Shown here piece after piece: positions 37,995 to 50,068 of a stretch of 64,000 nt of DNA. The stretch comes from Zygnema circumcarinatum SAG 698-1b. Taxonomy: Eukaryota; Plantae; Zygnematophyceae. Within the stretch, counting starts at the first letter, position 1. Every line of letters begins with the position of its first letter. The position numbers were made by a program, and so were the translations under genes. The stretch covers positions 2,852,001 to 2,916,000 of the forward strand of contig CM074814.1 in NCBI GenBank assembly GCA_037447605.1, written 5' to 3'. The notes beneath the pieces are model-generated. The model had not been told where the DNA came from and did no database searches. It was given only the letters and a program-made list of their open reading frames with translations.

Positions 37995-40315
37995 ATGGCG
38001 GCAACCATGGCCTGTCCCTGCGACATGTTGCGCTCTTGGGAGCTCACATTTTGCCCAAAGAAGAAGGACATGGAGATGGGCTTCTCTCCGTTTTTGGAAA
38101 TGAGGTGTGCATCTGGAAAATGGTCAAAATTGGCATCATGGAAACGCAGGAGTAGCCATTCTTCCTCGCATTATTACAGCGGGCAGGAAGCATGGAGGTC
38201 TTCTAGTCCGAGCGCTTTTGGAGAAGCGGAAAGTAGGGAAAACAATGCACGAAGTTTTGCAGGTGGGGGAGGAATCAGCGGAGAAAGCGAAGGAGACGGA
38301 AAGAGTAGGAGAGAGGGAGAGATGGGGATGTGGGGTGGGAGAGGGACAGAGGAGGGGGACGATATGGGAGAGCTGATCGCGACTGTCTCTGTGTCAAGAG
38401 CTCGTTCGGACGGAGAGGATGTGAGAGAGAGACGGGGAGGGAATAGCGAGGTGAGAAGTGTGGGAGAGGGAGAGAGAGAGAGAGAGGGAGAGGATGCGCT
38501 GGAGTGGTGGCGGGAAAGGGAGGAGGCGGAGGGGGAGAAGAGGAAAGTCTTCGACCCACAACGACTATTTGTCGGAAATTTGCCGTTTCAGACGCCATCT
38601 TTTCAACTTGTAGAAGGTCTCCCTCTGTCTCTCTCTTCCCCTTTCCGTGCCTCCCTTACCTCGCATGTACTTGCTCTTCTCCTCCCTCTCACTCTCACTC
38701 TCTCTCGGTCTGTCTGTCTGTTTCTCACTCATCTCCATTTGCCTTCTCCGTATTTCCCCTCTTTTTTCCCTTTCTCTCTCTGCATTCCCCCTTATTAGTG
38801 CTGCGCACCTTCGGGTGGCTTTATCATCATGCGGTCGTCCGTCATTTTGTTAACTTTTCCCATCGTTTTAGGTTCTGTTCCGTTCCATTCCTATGTAGAC
38901 GTTAGGTTTTAGCATAGAGACGTGGGTTTTCCAATACTCTATCGACTTAATTGGGTAAACTCGGCTTTACTTGTTTTAGAGCTCCGTGTCCTTTTCGGAA
39001 AGTATGGTGCAGTGGAGGATGTTGAACTTGCGAATTATCGAAAGCAGAGCGCTGCCTCCAAGGTGACTACCGTCTGGGGGCCTCCCAATTTTTGGCATTC
39101 TATACAAAATTTTGGATAAAAAATTAAGCTTTCTGCACTAACTTGGCAACGTTTCCTTTTCCTCCAAGAGGGAACATACAACGAAGCTTCGCTATTGAAG
39201 ATATTGCAGCGGTGTTTTTTGATTTCTATGCTTTTGCCTGACATCGATTCCATGTCTCGATGAACAGGTGAGGGGGAAACACGCCGGATTTGGGTTTGTC
39301 AGAATGAGTACTCCGGAAGAGGCTCAGAGTGCCATGAAGGCTCTGAACAACGAGAAATTTTGGGGAATGATGTTACAGGTACAACAGCTCCTTAGAGAAT
39401 GCACACTCGTGGTAACGGAGAAAGGCCAAAAGTAATAGTATATACACAATAATCTTGAGTTGCTTTGCTAGAAAACTCCTTTTGTTGAGAAAGAGGTTTG
39501 TTGGACTTTTAGCGCAGGTGACGCAAGGGATCGTAAAGACTGGGCCACATCCCACTCGAGACAGAACTGAGCCTCGTTCAGTTAGAACGGAACGGCGGCC
39601 GTTAGGGAGAAGACATGTGAAGCTTTTTGTGGGAGGACTGTATAAGGACACGCGGGAAGCTACGCTGAAGGAAATTTTTGGGCAATATGGGAAAGTTGTG
39701 GACGTGAAGGTATGTCGAAAAATGCGTAAAGCATGAAAAGCCCCAAGTGTAGGAACAGTCAATGTGGCCCAGGCAAGTCAAGTCAAGCCATGTCAAGACC
39801 AGTCAAGTCAAGTCAAGTGCAGTTGAAATTAAGGGTAGTTTAAGGAACGGCAGATGTTTGAAGTTTCACTGCAATGATTGGCAATCGCTTTTTCTGATGC
39901 AGATAGTGCGGACACGTGTCTCGAAGCAGTCGATGGGCTTCGGATTTGTAACATTTCCTGATGAGGTGGGTTATGTAGACCATCAACTCCTCTAAAGCAC
40001 CGAAGTTTTTTGAAATCTGGAATTGGAAGAGATCAGAGGGAAGGAAGGATGCGCTAAGTTTCTGTTTGCCCAACGAGAGTATTTCAGATAGTGCAAAATT
40101 GGACTACTTTATGAACAAGGTCTCAAAAGTTGGACTCTACATGTGAAGTGCAAAGTCAATGCTTGGAGTCACTAGTGGCCCTCTGACCTTTCGTGCTTGG
40201 AGGGTCTGTGCAGAAAGCTGCCATGGAAGCTATTGAAGATCGAGATGGTTCCCTTTTAGATGGAGTGGTCATTAAAGTGAACATGGCTCAGTTCACGAGA
40301 ATGAATAATGCATGA
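37995..40315 (+). CDS. Two-RRM RNA-binding protein, probably plastid-targeted (cpRNP / PSRP2-like)
   Basis: Long S/R-rich N-terminus. RRM1 reads RLFVGNLPF / LRVLFGKYGAVEDV / HAGFGFVRMSTPEEAQSAMKALN. RRM2 reads KLFVGGL..DTREATLKEIFGQYGKVVDVK / SMGFGFVTF / AAMEAIEDRDGSLLDGVVIKVNMA. TGA at 40313-40315. Confidence 0.85.
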
Positions 40316-40594
40316 AGTTGCCGCGCCGGCAGCCCCCCCCCCCACTCTAATTTCCATTTTTTTCCTCATTTCCAACTCTGTATTTGATTGAAACGACGAT
40401 TTTGATTTATTTGCCTATGTTTGGGAGTTTATCCATTCAGCATTTTTAATGTGACCGGCGGACTGGACTGAAGCAGTCCACCAAAGGCTAAGTTTGCTAT
40501 TTCTTTTGTACTCCTTTTATTCAAGCGATCCAACCAGAACTTTTCTACCTAAGGACAGGTGGCCTGCCTTTGTCCCCTCTCTTCTAGGAGTCAC

Positions 40595-43500
40595 TTAACT
40601 CCTCCGAGTTCCATGCACAGAGTGAGCGTGCATCAGTTCCGTAACAAGGGGCGGTACGATGTTGGCTCTCTCATCTGCCTCTCTCCCTCTCCCCTCCCAC
40701 AGGGAGGTGGGAGGGAATGCATGCAAGGTGGGGCCCACCTCCGCCCCTTCCTCATACTCGCCGGATGTTTCCAGCACAGGGGCTACGGAACTGAGCGTCT
40801 CCATGAAGCCCCTTTCAAGCAGCTTTTGGGCTCTCTCCAGCTCACGCAGCACTTGGCGCATGTTGAGCCGTTGGGACGCCTGCGAATCAAAAGATTTTGA
40901 AAAAAGAAAAAATCGACCGTTCAGTTCTGCAGCATCCCAATGATGCTTACAGAGTTCATGTGGCCATCGATCTTGATTAAGTTGATTACAGGAAGCAGCA
41001 GCAGCAAGAGGAAGAGGAGGAAAATATAAGGATCTATCTTCACAGGGATTTCAGGGTTTTCAGCGTTCCCTGACCAGCTCTGAAACGCAGCAGAGGGCCA
41101 CTTTGACACAGTGCTGCACAGAGGAAAATGAGTGAGCGAGAGCCAATTCGGGAGCAGCGATGGCCTTCACATCCGCTCGCTCCCACCGTTCCGCCACCTG
41201 CTCCAACAGCAAGGGAGGGAAAAGTGAAAAGTATGCGAAAAAAAGGGTCGGGGTGGGAAAAGTAGCAGCTATGAAAGTCTTTAAAGTTTTGGCCTCTGGT
41301 GGGTTTTCCCTCGTTCTTAGTGAAATCGAAAGCCCAAGAGCCGGTTTAGTCGTGCTGGTGAGTTGTCTGCAGAGAAGATTCATCTACTTTCGTTTGGGGG
41401 CATTACGGTAGTACTCTTCAATGTTCCTACACCTTCTCTTTCTCTGTCTTAACATCAAGAGATTTAAAAGGGAAAGAAATATGAAAATGCGGCGGGTGGT
41501 GTCTCACCCACTCAGCGAGGCGTACGGTCCTACTGCTGCTGCTGCCATTGCTGACATCACTCTCCTCCTCCTCCTCCGGGCTGCTCCAAAGGGGCGGCCT
41601 CCCTGTGACGAGAGCGAGCAGAACCACTCCGAAGCCGAGAACGTCGCTTGCTTCCTCCGTCACTTCTTCTTGTGACAGGGAAGAGGAGGGGTAGCAGCTC
41701 GGGTCGAGATACCACCCTACGTTCTCGAAGCATAAAATAAGTTTTACTTTTTCGAAGAACACATATTTCCTTTGTATCTTCACATGTCATCCTTTGCATC
41801 TCATGTTTGAAAAGAAAGGGGATTGATGGAAAAGCGGAATGCGGATGAACAAAAGAAAATGAGCCCACACTGCGAGAGGCTCCTTTTCGCTACTAACCGC
41901 ACTTTTCGGTCACGCATTGATCCCTCTCCTGCCGCCGCCTCAACGCCGATTGGCCGAAATCTGCCACCTGCAAAATTCCTCTCTCCTGCGACTGTCAATA
42001 TTAACTGCGAAATATATGAACGGAACTTCATAATATCGGAGTAAACTAGTTTCTTTTCTTTCAGCCTAACCTTGGTTTCTCTGCTCGTTCGATCACAGCT
42101 TCAACTTTTGGAATTGTCCAGAGCCCATTTTCAAGCTTTCATGGTTTCTCTTGCAACCTTTTTTTTTTTTTTTTCTACAGAAGGGATAGAACCCTAGCAC
42201 CTCCACCAGGATACAAGAACACAAAAAGAAGAGCAAGTAAAAGGGAGGGGCCTGCAATATTCAGATATAGAACCATGACCTGCAGGGCATGAAGGTCACC
42301 TTGGCTTCCATGGAGTCGTCCAGAAGAACACTGCACGCTGTGAAGCTCCTGAATGTGAGACAGAAAGAGCCCAACCAGAATGCAACATCATTCACCGATT
42401 TCCCCCCCNNNNNNNNNNTTTTTTTTTTTTTTTTTTTTTTTTCCTGCGCATTGTGACTTTGTGGGCCCACCCACCCACCCACCCACATACTCACGGAGGT
42501 GGAGGCGGAGGGAGAAACTTTTCTTTTACCCGTGAACTGCAGTCGGCGCAGTTCCATTGTGAAGGTACTCCAAAGCACGCGCTGCTCCAATGGCGATCTG
42601 AAGCCTGTGCTCCCACCCGAGCTCGGCTGCCTTGCTAGGATCTGCAGCCCAATAAGCATTTGCCTCTATAGACTTCCCAAAAGAAGAATAAAAATAACAT
42701 ATGAGGATGGAACATGCGAACCAACAAACTGCGGGAACAAACAGGAAGCTTTACCGTCACCTCAAACCCCACAGTTTTGACTGCAGAAGCTCCATTTTAC
42801 CTTGTAAATAATCACAGAGAGAGCCCTTGGATGCGAACTCATGAACGAGAGCGAGCTGATCCCCGTCGTCGCAATAGCCCACCAAGTTAAGAAGGTGACG
42901 ATGGTGCAAGTGAGCGAGCAGGTTCACATTCACGAGAAATTCATATTCACTTTTGGGAGTTTTGGGAGTCTCCCACCTCGTCACAGCCACCGCTGTGCCC
43001 CCACCTCCCTCCACTCCTCGATAAACGGTTCCGAAAGGGCTCGTTCTGACAATGCTTTCTGGGGAGAAGTGGCCCGTGACTCCATTCAACTCTTCAGAGC
43101 TGTATATGCGGGTTCCGTACAGCTTAGAAAGCAGAGTATACGTGGTTTCACTGGGGAGGAGGCCTGAGTTGGAGGAAGGGGTGGTAAGGCTTCCACTGCA
43201 AACTGCTTTTTCTAGAACATATAAGCATGGAAGGATAAGCTTCAAGAGGCTTTGAATAGAAGATACAAGGATTCGAAATCATTACCGCTGTCCCTGTTGT
43301 AGAAAAAGTTTTCAAGAAGCGCTTCTGAAGGGTCATGACGGCTCTTCTTTCCTTTCAGTGAGAACGGAAACGAGTCCTTTTCAGCTGCCCGCAGACGCGA
43401 AGACGAGATGAAAAAGAGAGAGGCTATCACTATCGCGAAAAAAGCGGTACCGGATGCTGCGCCCATCCAAACGCCCTGCATAATGGAAGGGGAAAAAATC

Positions 43501-46500
43501 CCGTTTAGCAGCTGCTAAGATGACTCTAGGGCAGCCGCATGCAACTTCAAAAGAGACACGTGCTCCAAGAAAAGGACTCGCCGCACCAAAGTTGCATATT
43601 GTGGAGGTGGGACTGTCGGCTCACCTGCAACGTCACATCTTTTTTCGAAGTCTTGACTCCCAGCAATGCATTCTGAATACTCATGTTGGTTTTGTAAACT
43701 TGTAAGACCTCAAGAGAGTTTACGAATGCGTCCCTGCACAGCATCGCTTCGCTTGTGTTATATTTTGCATCTTTGATGTCTTTTCTCCATGAAAATGTAG
43801 ACGTGCCTTTACGGTTCTAAGTTTGGCGGACTTCGGGTTACAAAGATGTCATCACTCACCTTGTGTATCCGAGGAACGCGCCGGAGCTGATGGTGATGGT
43901 CAGACTGCCGGCTGCATTGGAGACAACTGTATGCATAAAACACATAAATTTTTAAATTTAGTGAGCTCTGAAGACTTTACCTCCCGAGCGATTCTTCTGC
44001 ATTGGCAACTTCATATTACAACCTTCAGAAGTTAGCTGCTTCGCGATAATGTTGTTGGCAAGCGTATTTGATCGATAAAGTCTCCGAATTTCCTTCGTCA
44101 GTTTAAGCATTCCAGCATGTTTTTGACGAGCTTTAACAGTTTTAGGGTTACGAAAGGACTGGAGGGGGCCGACCCTCACCATTCAAGTTCTCAACATGTG
44201 GCTCAAGGTATCCAGTTTCACGCACAACGTCCAAAAGGCTCACCAACTGTCGCCCATCGATGGAGATATTCAGAAGGCGAGAAGACTGCAGAAGAAAAAA
44301 GCGACCTAAAATCAGTCAGTTGGGCCACGCAGGAGGGCCCACAATGTTCGCTGGTTCTCCAAAGTTGTTAAAAGTCAGAATTTCAACTAAGCTTGTATCA
44401 CATTTTTTCCTAACGATCTGTGCTTACAGCCAGAAAAGACGGTCATTGCTGTTAAGTCTGCGGAACTTATTCATATTAACGCGGCAACATGAAACGTAGC
44501 GGTTTAGCCTTCTTGCTTTTAACGCTGCTGCGCAACTGCGGAAATCAGCAACCTCACGGCGATCGTCTAATAGCTTCAACCCGTGGAGCTTGTACCGGTT
44601 TTATTTTTTAGGGTTTGGCTCGAGAAGACCTCACATTCCATGGCAGCAGAAGCTCAGCAAATCCGATGCGCACAAGATGCGGCTGCGACGGAGCCGCTTG
44701 GAGAGTGTATGTGAGAGGAGCCGCGGGCAGCGTCGAACTCGTCTCATTCTCGAATCCATTCACTGTAGTCCGCATGATCTGCCGACGATGCAGCCCAACA
44801 CAGTCAATGGCGGCAACGAGCAGCTAACAAATCATTGTTCAACGCTGTCTTTCCCACCCCTCCACATAAACCCCAAAAGGGAAATGTACCTTGTACACCT
44901 CCGAGGGATGGTAATCCGGCTCCATGTCCGCGCTTGCTGCTCGCAAAACCATCCCGTCGGGCAGCGCCTTCCTGAACACGAGGTCGTACACGGCGCTGCT
45001 CGGCGCCGCCGGCTCGAACAGGCCCTCGTCGGGGACCCAAACGCGGCTCAGCGAGTCCGCCAGAGTGGCGTTCGCGCCGCACGAGAGCCGGTGCCGGGTC
45101 GCTGCCATGCAGCGCCATGCAGGGCCATGCATGCACGGTCAAAAACAAGGCGGAGGGCGGATTCTATGAACATTTTGAATGGTTCCATGAGTTTTGGAGA
45201 AGGTGTGGTCGCCCAAAATTAAGTTTTCTTGTTGTTTTTTTCAATGGGATTCGATCGATCATGAACTTTGGGGGTCCTACGGTCGACTCTATGACTTGAT
45301 GTGTGTGATTCCGAGCCTCGCTAGAGTGCATCCATCTCAGGATGGCGGCGCTTTAGTGAAATCTGCATATTTTATAGTGTTGGCATTCCACACAGTATAT
45401 GAAATCGGCAACATTTCATCTCACAGCACGACATGTGGATCAGAATGATGACATGAGATGGGACCGTGGCCAGTTCTATCCTCTCAAGTTGGATCCGTGG
45501 GAGCGATCAAGGGCGAGTTTGTCATCGACAAGAAGAACAGTCGAAACTTTGCGACAAAACTATTTCGTCGCGCGCGTCGCAGAACCAATCAGCGACGGTT
45601 GTTTGCTTGTCGCAGGCCAGCGACGAATGCTGGAGGCCGTACTGCGACTCGATGGTCGTCGTACGGCCGCCACGTGTAGGCCACGCTTCCAGCGATTGGC
45701 CGAATGAGTCGTTAGGGCTGTCGCACGGCAGTCGCAGGGCAACCCCGCGTCGCAGGACGTCACAGAGGCCCTGCGATCATAAACCGACACGTTTGGACGG
45801 CAGGAACAGCGCCGACTAGCTGACTAGACCAATTCTGACTAGGATTCACTAGGCGGCCCTCGTTTAGGCCTGTTCTTTGATCCGGAGCCGGGAGTGGCTG
45901 ACTAACCCGTGGCTAATCTGACCAATACGCGTGACCAAACGCCCCGACCAGACGTGTTGGGAGTCACTCCTGGCTGTTCGTTTTTTAGCGGTATTTTAGC
46001 CATGTCGCCTGTTTCTCCTAACCAGGTCAACGTGCCAGTGACTGACTGACTAATCGCTTTTTCAGTCGCTTTGTCGACGACCCCTTCCGGGCTTTGTTTT
46101 AAGTCACATGATGCGATGGGCTGCATGCATGGCGGTTCCGTTTCCGCATGCATGCAGGCCGTGATGGCTCGACACGCACTGATGGACGGGGTGGGAGATA
46201 AAACAAGCAGCACATCACCCATGTTCTCTAGAACATCCAATGCATGGATAGTACTGCTATAGCATGCCATGAATATCGAGGTTTTAAAGGTTGTGAGTGT
46301 GGCGCGGTCTCACCTAAGGCAGGGCCCGCCTTTGCATCCAGAGCATACATGCCCACCGGCGCAGGGACCACCTGCTCACTCGAGGCACGCGGGGGAAGGG
46401 CTATGAGGGGACAGGGCGCAGGGAGTGGTTTCGAGCCATGGCTTTGTGGCGAAAAGATCGTGGAGCCCCCTAGGTACGGGAGGTCAGCAAGAACCCTAAA

Positions 46501-47751
46501 TCCTAATTAATTCATTCTAAATCTTAACTAATAGTTAATTAATCCTAAATTAATTTTAATCTGAAATCTAATTGGATTTTGAAATTCCCTAAGGAACAAA
46601 AGGGCAATGACTCCTCGACCGCCATAAAAGAGAGACGTTTTGCCAACAAGTTTCGGAGGATTCGATGTGTCCTACTCGACGATTACTGAGTGAAGTGGGG
46701 CTTCACCCGATTGCAAACTGAATGGGTGGCCCCATTTAGCCTTATAAAGCTAAAGATGCTTGGATGCAGTAGCAAGGAAGCATGAGGCTCCACAGCTACT
46801 ACTACATGGTGAAGTAAAGCATGACAGGAGGGCACATTACCTCGATGCCGCTGATCATTGGGTCACCCGCGGAGCCGCGAATGAAGGAAATGTCGAGGGA
46901 GCCATCAGAAACAGGGATCAAAAACTCCTTCCGTAGACCCTGCATGACGCCCTCCACGCTGAACTGCTCCAGCACCGCCGCCCCTTCAATTGACACATCG
47001 AAAGTGCGCATCTTTGGATCACGCTGCAGGATCTCCGCAAAGTAAAGCCGTACCCAGTAGTACTGGAGCGTGGGAACCTGAAAAGCCAAGCAGATTTTTG
47101 CATAAACCAAACAATGCACAGTTGAAAAACGAGGTTAGAATGCCGTCACAAGAAAAATGAATGCGTACGGATGCTTAGCTCATACAGTTTGTGGTGCTAG
47201 CTTGAGTGGAGAGGCAATTACTGGGATGGAGTAAGAGTTGACAGGTCCCGCCCGGCCATCGAATATGCGCGCACTCTGATAGACTCTGCTTGAGGCAGGT
47301 TCGGTCCCGGTCTCGACTGTCACATTCCCCGCAGTCGTAAAGATAGTTCCTGAGCTTACGGAGAGCGTGTCTGCGCTCCATGTGACGGCCCCGCTTGTGA
47401 AGGACTCGCCGCCGCAGTTTACGTATGTCCCTGCAGCCACCACCAACGTCTCAAGTAATCTGAGAGAAATTCCTCCTAACATAAAGATTGCAGTTTTATT
47501 AAAAGCTTAAGAGCTTACGCATCAGAGTCATACTATTTCCGGAAGACGGCTCTGGAAGCTTCAATTATTTAGCATCAACCGTCACTGACAGGAAAAAGAT
47601 TAGAAAGCACGAACTTTAAACGTGTTCAAATACCCCGAAAGCAGCTGCAACACTCACCTCCCCGAACAGAAGTGATGAGGACGAGGGCCGCCATGGCCAC
47701 CATCTGCATGCGCGGAGGGGCCATCCCCTTCAGGGAGGCCGGCGAAGCCAT
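40595..47751 (-). CDS. Receptor-like pseudokinase with tandem malectin ectodomain
   Basis: Signal exon 47658-47751. Malectin exons 47222-47430 (YVNCGG..WSAD) and 46841-47077 (VRLYFAEI..RTFDVSIEG..PMISGIE). Exon 46314-46371, then a second malectin (HRLSCG..RVWVPD) and a TM (AASGTAFFAIVIASLFFI). The kinase fold has degenerate motifs (RTSPFG, VAVT, VHGSFTACS) but retains DFG and YLDP..SDV..FGVVLL.L.TGR. Confidence 0.85.
42409..42418. other. Assembly gap (10 N)
   Basis: Run of n between poly-C and poly-T in an intron. Confidence 0.98.
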
Positions 47752-47904
47752 ATCCTCTCCGCCCCCCTCCACTATGCCGGGCGGACGGAAGCCCTTCTGC
47801 AAACCACAAACCAGAAACCAGAAACCGAAAACCTGAAACCTGCCGCCCTAAACTGCAAACTCAAGGCGCCAGGTTTTCCATACAGGTCGAAATTGCGGAG
47901 TCAA

Positions 47905-49075
47905 ACGAGGACCGTACCGTACAGACAGTCGACCGGCGCCATTTCAGCATGCATCGTACGTGTCCGTACGTATCACGAATCGTACGGTCGCAGTGTCCTC
48001 CGTACGGTCCACATGTCCACTGTAAACAAAATTACTTTCACATTTGGTCCCTGAGACACCGACACGAAACGACACGCCAGTACGACAGCGGAGCCGCAGC
48101 GGCTGTTCAGTTTCGGGCCGCGGCCTGCGCGCGGCGCTTGACGTTCTGCCGCGAGGGCGCAACCGATATATCGCGTCCCTACCGAATATCGTCCTCTCCG
48201 ACCGACATTAGCCTGACGGTACAGTCTAATCACGTTATAGTGTCCATGTCGGTCCCCACACATTTGTGTCACTATATCGGTAATGACCCGTTTGTCATTT
48301 CACATTTATAGTAACAATGTTATTACATATGTTTTTGCGGTATACCCGTACGACTTTGATACCGTACATTGTACTTTTTGGGCAGTCGTCGCGTGGGTAG
48401 GTGTGTACGAACCCTAGTGAGCATATGTACGGACGACTTGATATGTACGGTCAAGTCGATATCTGACGATATTAGTCGATAATGTGTACGGTCGTAAATA
48501 TATTTGTAACGCATATTCCAATACGTGGGTGGATAATATCGACATTTTGAATATATAGTAACAATCAGGGTTTTTCAACGTCATTATATCCGTAATGGCG
48601 TCACTACTGGCGCAGGATCTGCAGTGGTGCAATTCCGTTCCCGGAAAAAAAGTCAGTATATCCATGCTGTTCTTATAAACAGTGTCACTATAACGTGATT
48701 AGACTGTACTGTAACAGGCTGCCGGCTTTGGCGTACGACCGCTTCGCCGGCACGTTCTGTCGGTCATAGCCGATATGGCGACGATATGTTCTCGGTTGTC
48801 CCAAACGACAAGCCGACCGTACGGGCCTTTACGTCGCACATCCTCACGGATGGTCGGTGGCCTCTGATTGGCTGTAAGAGTTTGTAGGCGACGCCTTGCG
48901 CTGTGCGGTTAGGGTGTTACCGCTCTTGGATCGTCCGTGCGCATAGATTGCTAAAAGATGGCGGTGCGCGTCACAGGGATGTGCCCGTACCCTATCGCAT
49001 GACGCCAAATGGCCTCTGACAGACGTACGGACGACGGCGGGAATACTGTACGTCGCGGGGCGGCAGAAGTCAACG
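47905..49075. promoter_or_regulatory. GTAC-rich divergent promoter between the pseudokinase RLK and TPD1-like gene 2
   Basis: About 20 GTAC cores counted by eye in ~1.15 kb (4-5 expected at random), and an inverted CCAATCAG near 48865. Confidence 0.45.
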
Positions 49076-49102
49076 CAAGCGCCGCGAGACTCGCGACTCG
49101 CG

Positions 49103-49820
49103 AGGGAGAGGACGAGGGAGGGAGAGAGGGAGGGAGAGAGGGAGGGAGGGCGAGGGAGGGACGGAGGGAGGGAGGAGGGAGAGGGCGAGGGAAGGAGGGA
49201 GGGAGGAGGGCGAGGGAGGGAGGGAGGGAGGGAGGGAGGAGGGAGGGAGGGAGGGAGGGAGGGAGGGAGGGAGGGAGGGAGGGAGGGAGGGAGGGAGGGA
49301 GGGAGGGAGGGAGGGAGGGAAGGAGGGAGGGAGGAGGGAGGGAGGGAGGGAGGGAGGGAGGGAGGGAGGGAGGGAGGGAGGGAGGGAGGGAGGGAGGGAG
49401 GGAGGAGGGAGGGAGGGAGGGAGGGAGGGAGGGAGGGAGGGAGGGAGGGAGGGAGGGAGGAGGAGGGAGGGAGGGAGGGAGGGAGGGAGGGAGGGAGGGA
49501 GGGAGGGAGGGAGGGAGGGAGGGAGGGAGGGAGGGAAGGAGGGAGGGAGGGAGGGAGGGAGGGAGGGAGGGAGGGAGGGAGGGAGGGAGGGAGGGAGGGA
49601 GGGAGGGAGGGAAGGAGGGAGGGAGGGAGGGAGGGAGGGAGGGAGAGGAGGGAGGGAGGGAGGGAGGGAGGGAGGGAGGGAGGGAGGGAGGGAGGGAGGG
49701 AGGGAGGAGGGAGGGAGGGAGGGAGGGAGGGAGGGAGGGAGGAGGGAGGAGGGAGGGAGGGAGGGAGGAGGGAGGGAGGGAGGGAGGGAGGGAGGGAGAG
49801 AGGGAGGGAGGGAGGGAGGG
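49103..49820 (+). repeat. (GGGA)n tetranucleotide tract, ~720 bp
   Basis: Near-pure gggA units with occasional gga/ggaa interruptions, followed by ttcaggg x2. Confidence 0.95.
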
Positions 49821-50068
49821 TTCAGGGTTCAGGGCCGGAGGGCGCAAGTGCGCGGGGGAGGGACCCGAGGAGGTTTCAGAGAGTGGCTCGGGGAGGCGCA
49901 GGGTTGTGGGCTGTCGCGCTCAGAAAGGACCCATACGCACGTAGTCTGCTTTGGGTCGCCGGTCGTAGACTTTGAGGGTTTTAGGACTGGCGTATTTAGA
50001 TTTTTTCAGATTTATGTTTGTATTTCCGAGGTGTTTTGTAGGGTTTAGAGTCTCAGATTTGCGTGAGA

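Noticed and set aside
36935-38155. 406-aa ORF (IRSSVHPF)n
   Set aside because: It is the translation of the 8-bp array, which has no stop in that frame. The start is a TTG and there is no domain.
46244-46510. Possible nested plus-strand gene in the RLK intron
   Set aside because: It is the antisense shadow of the genuine 58-nt RLK exon at 46314-46371.
48951-49944. 298-aa and 311-aa ORFs (PPSL / GREG repeats)
   Set aside because: Both are readings of the (GGGA)n tract.
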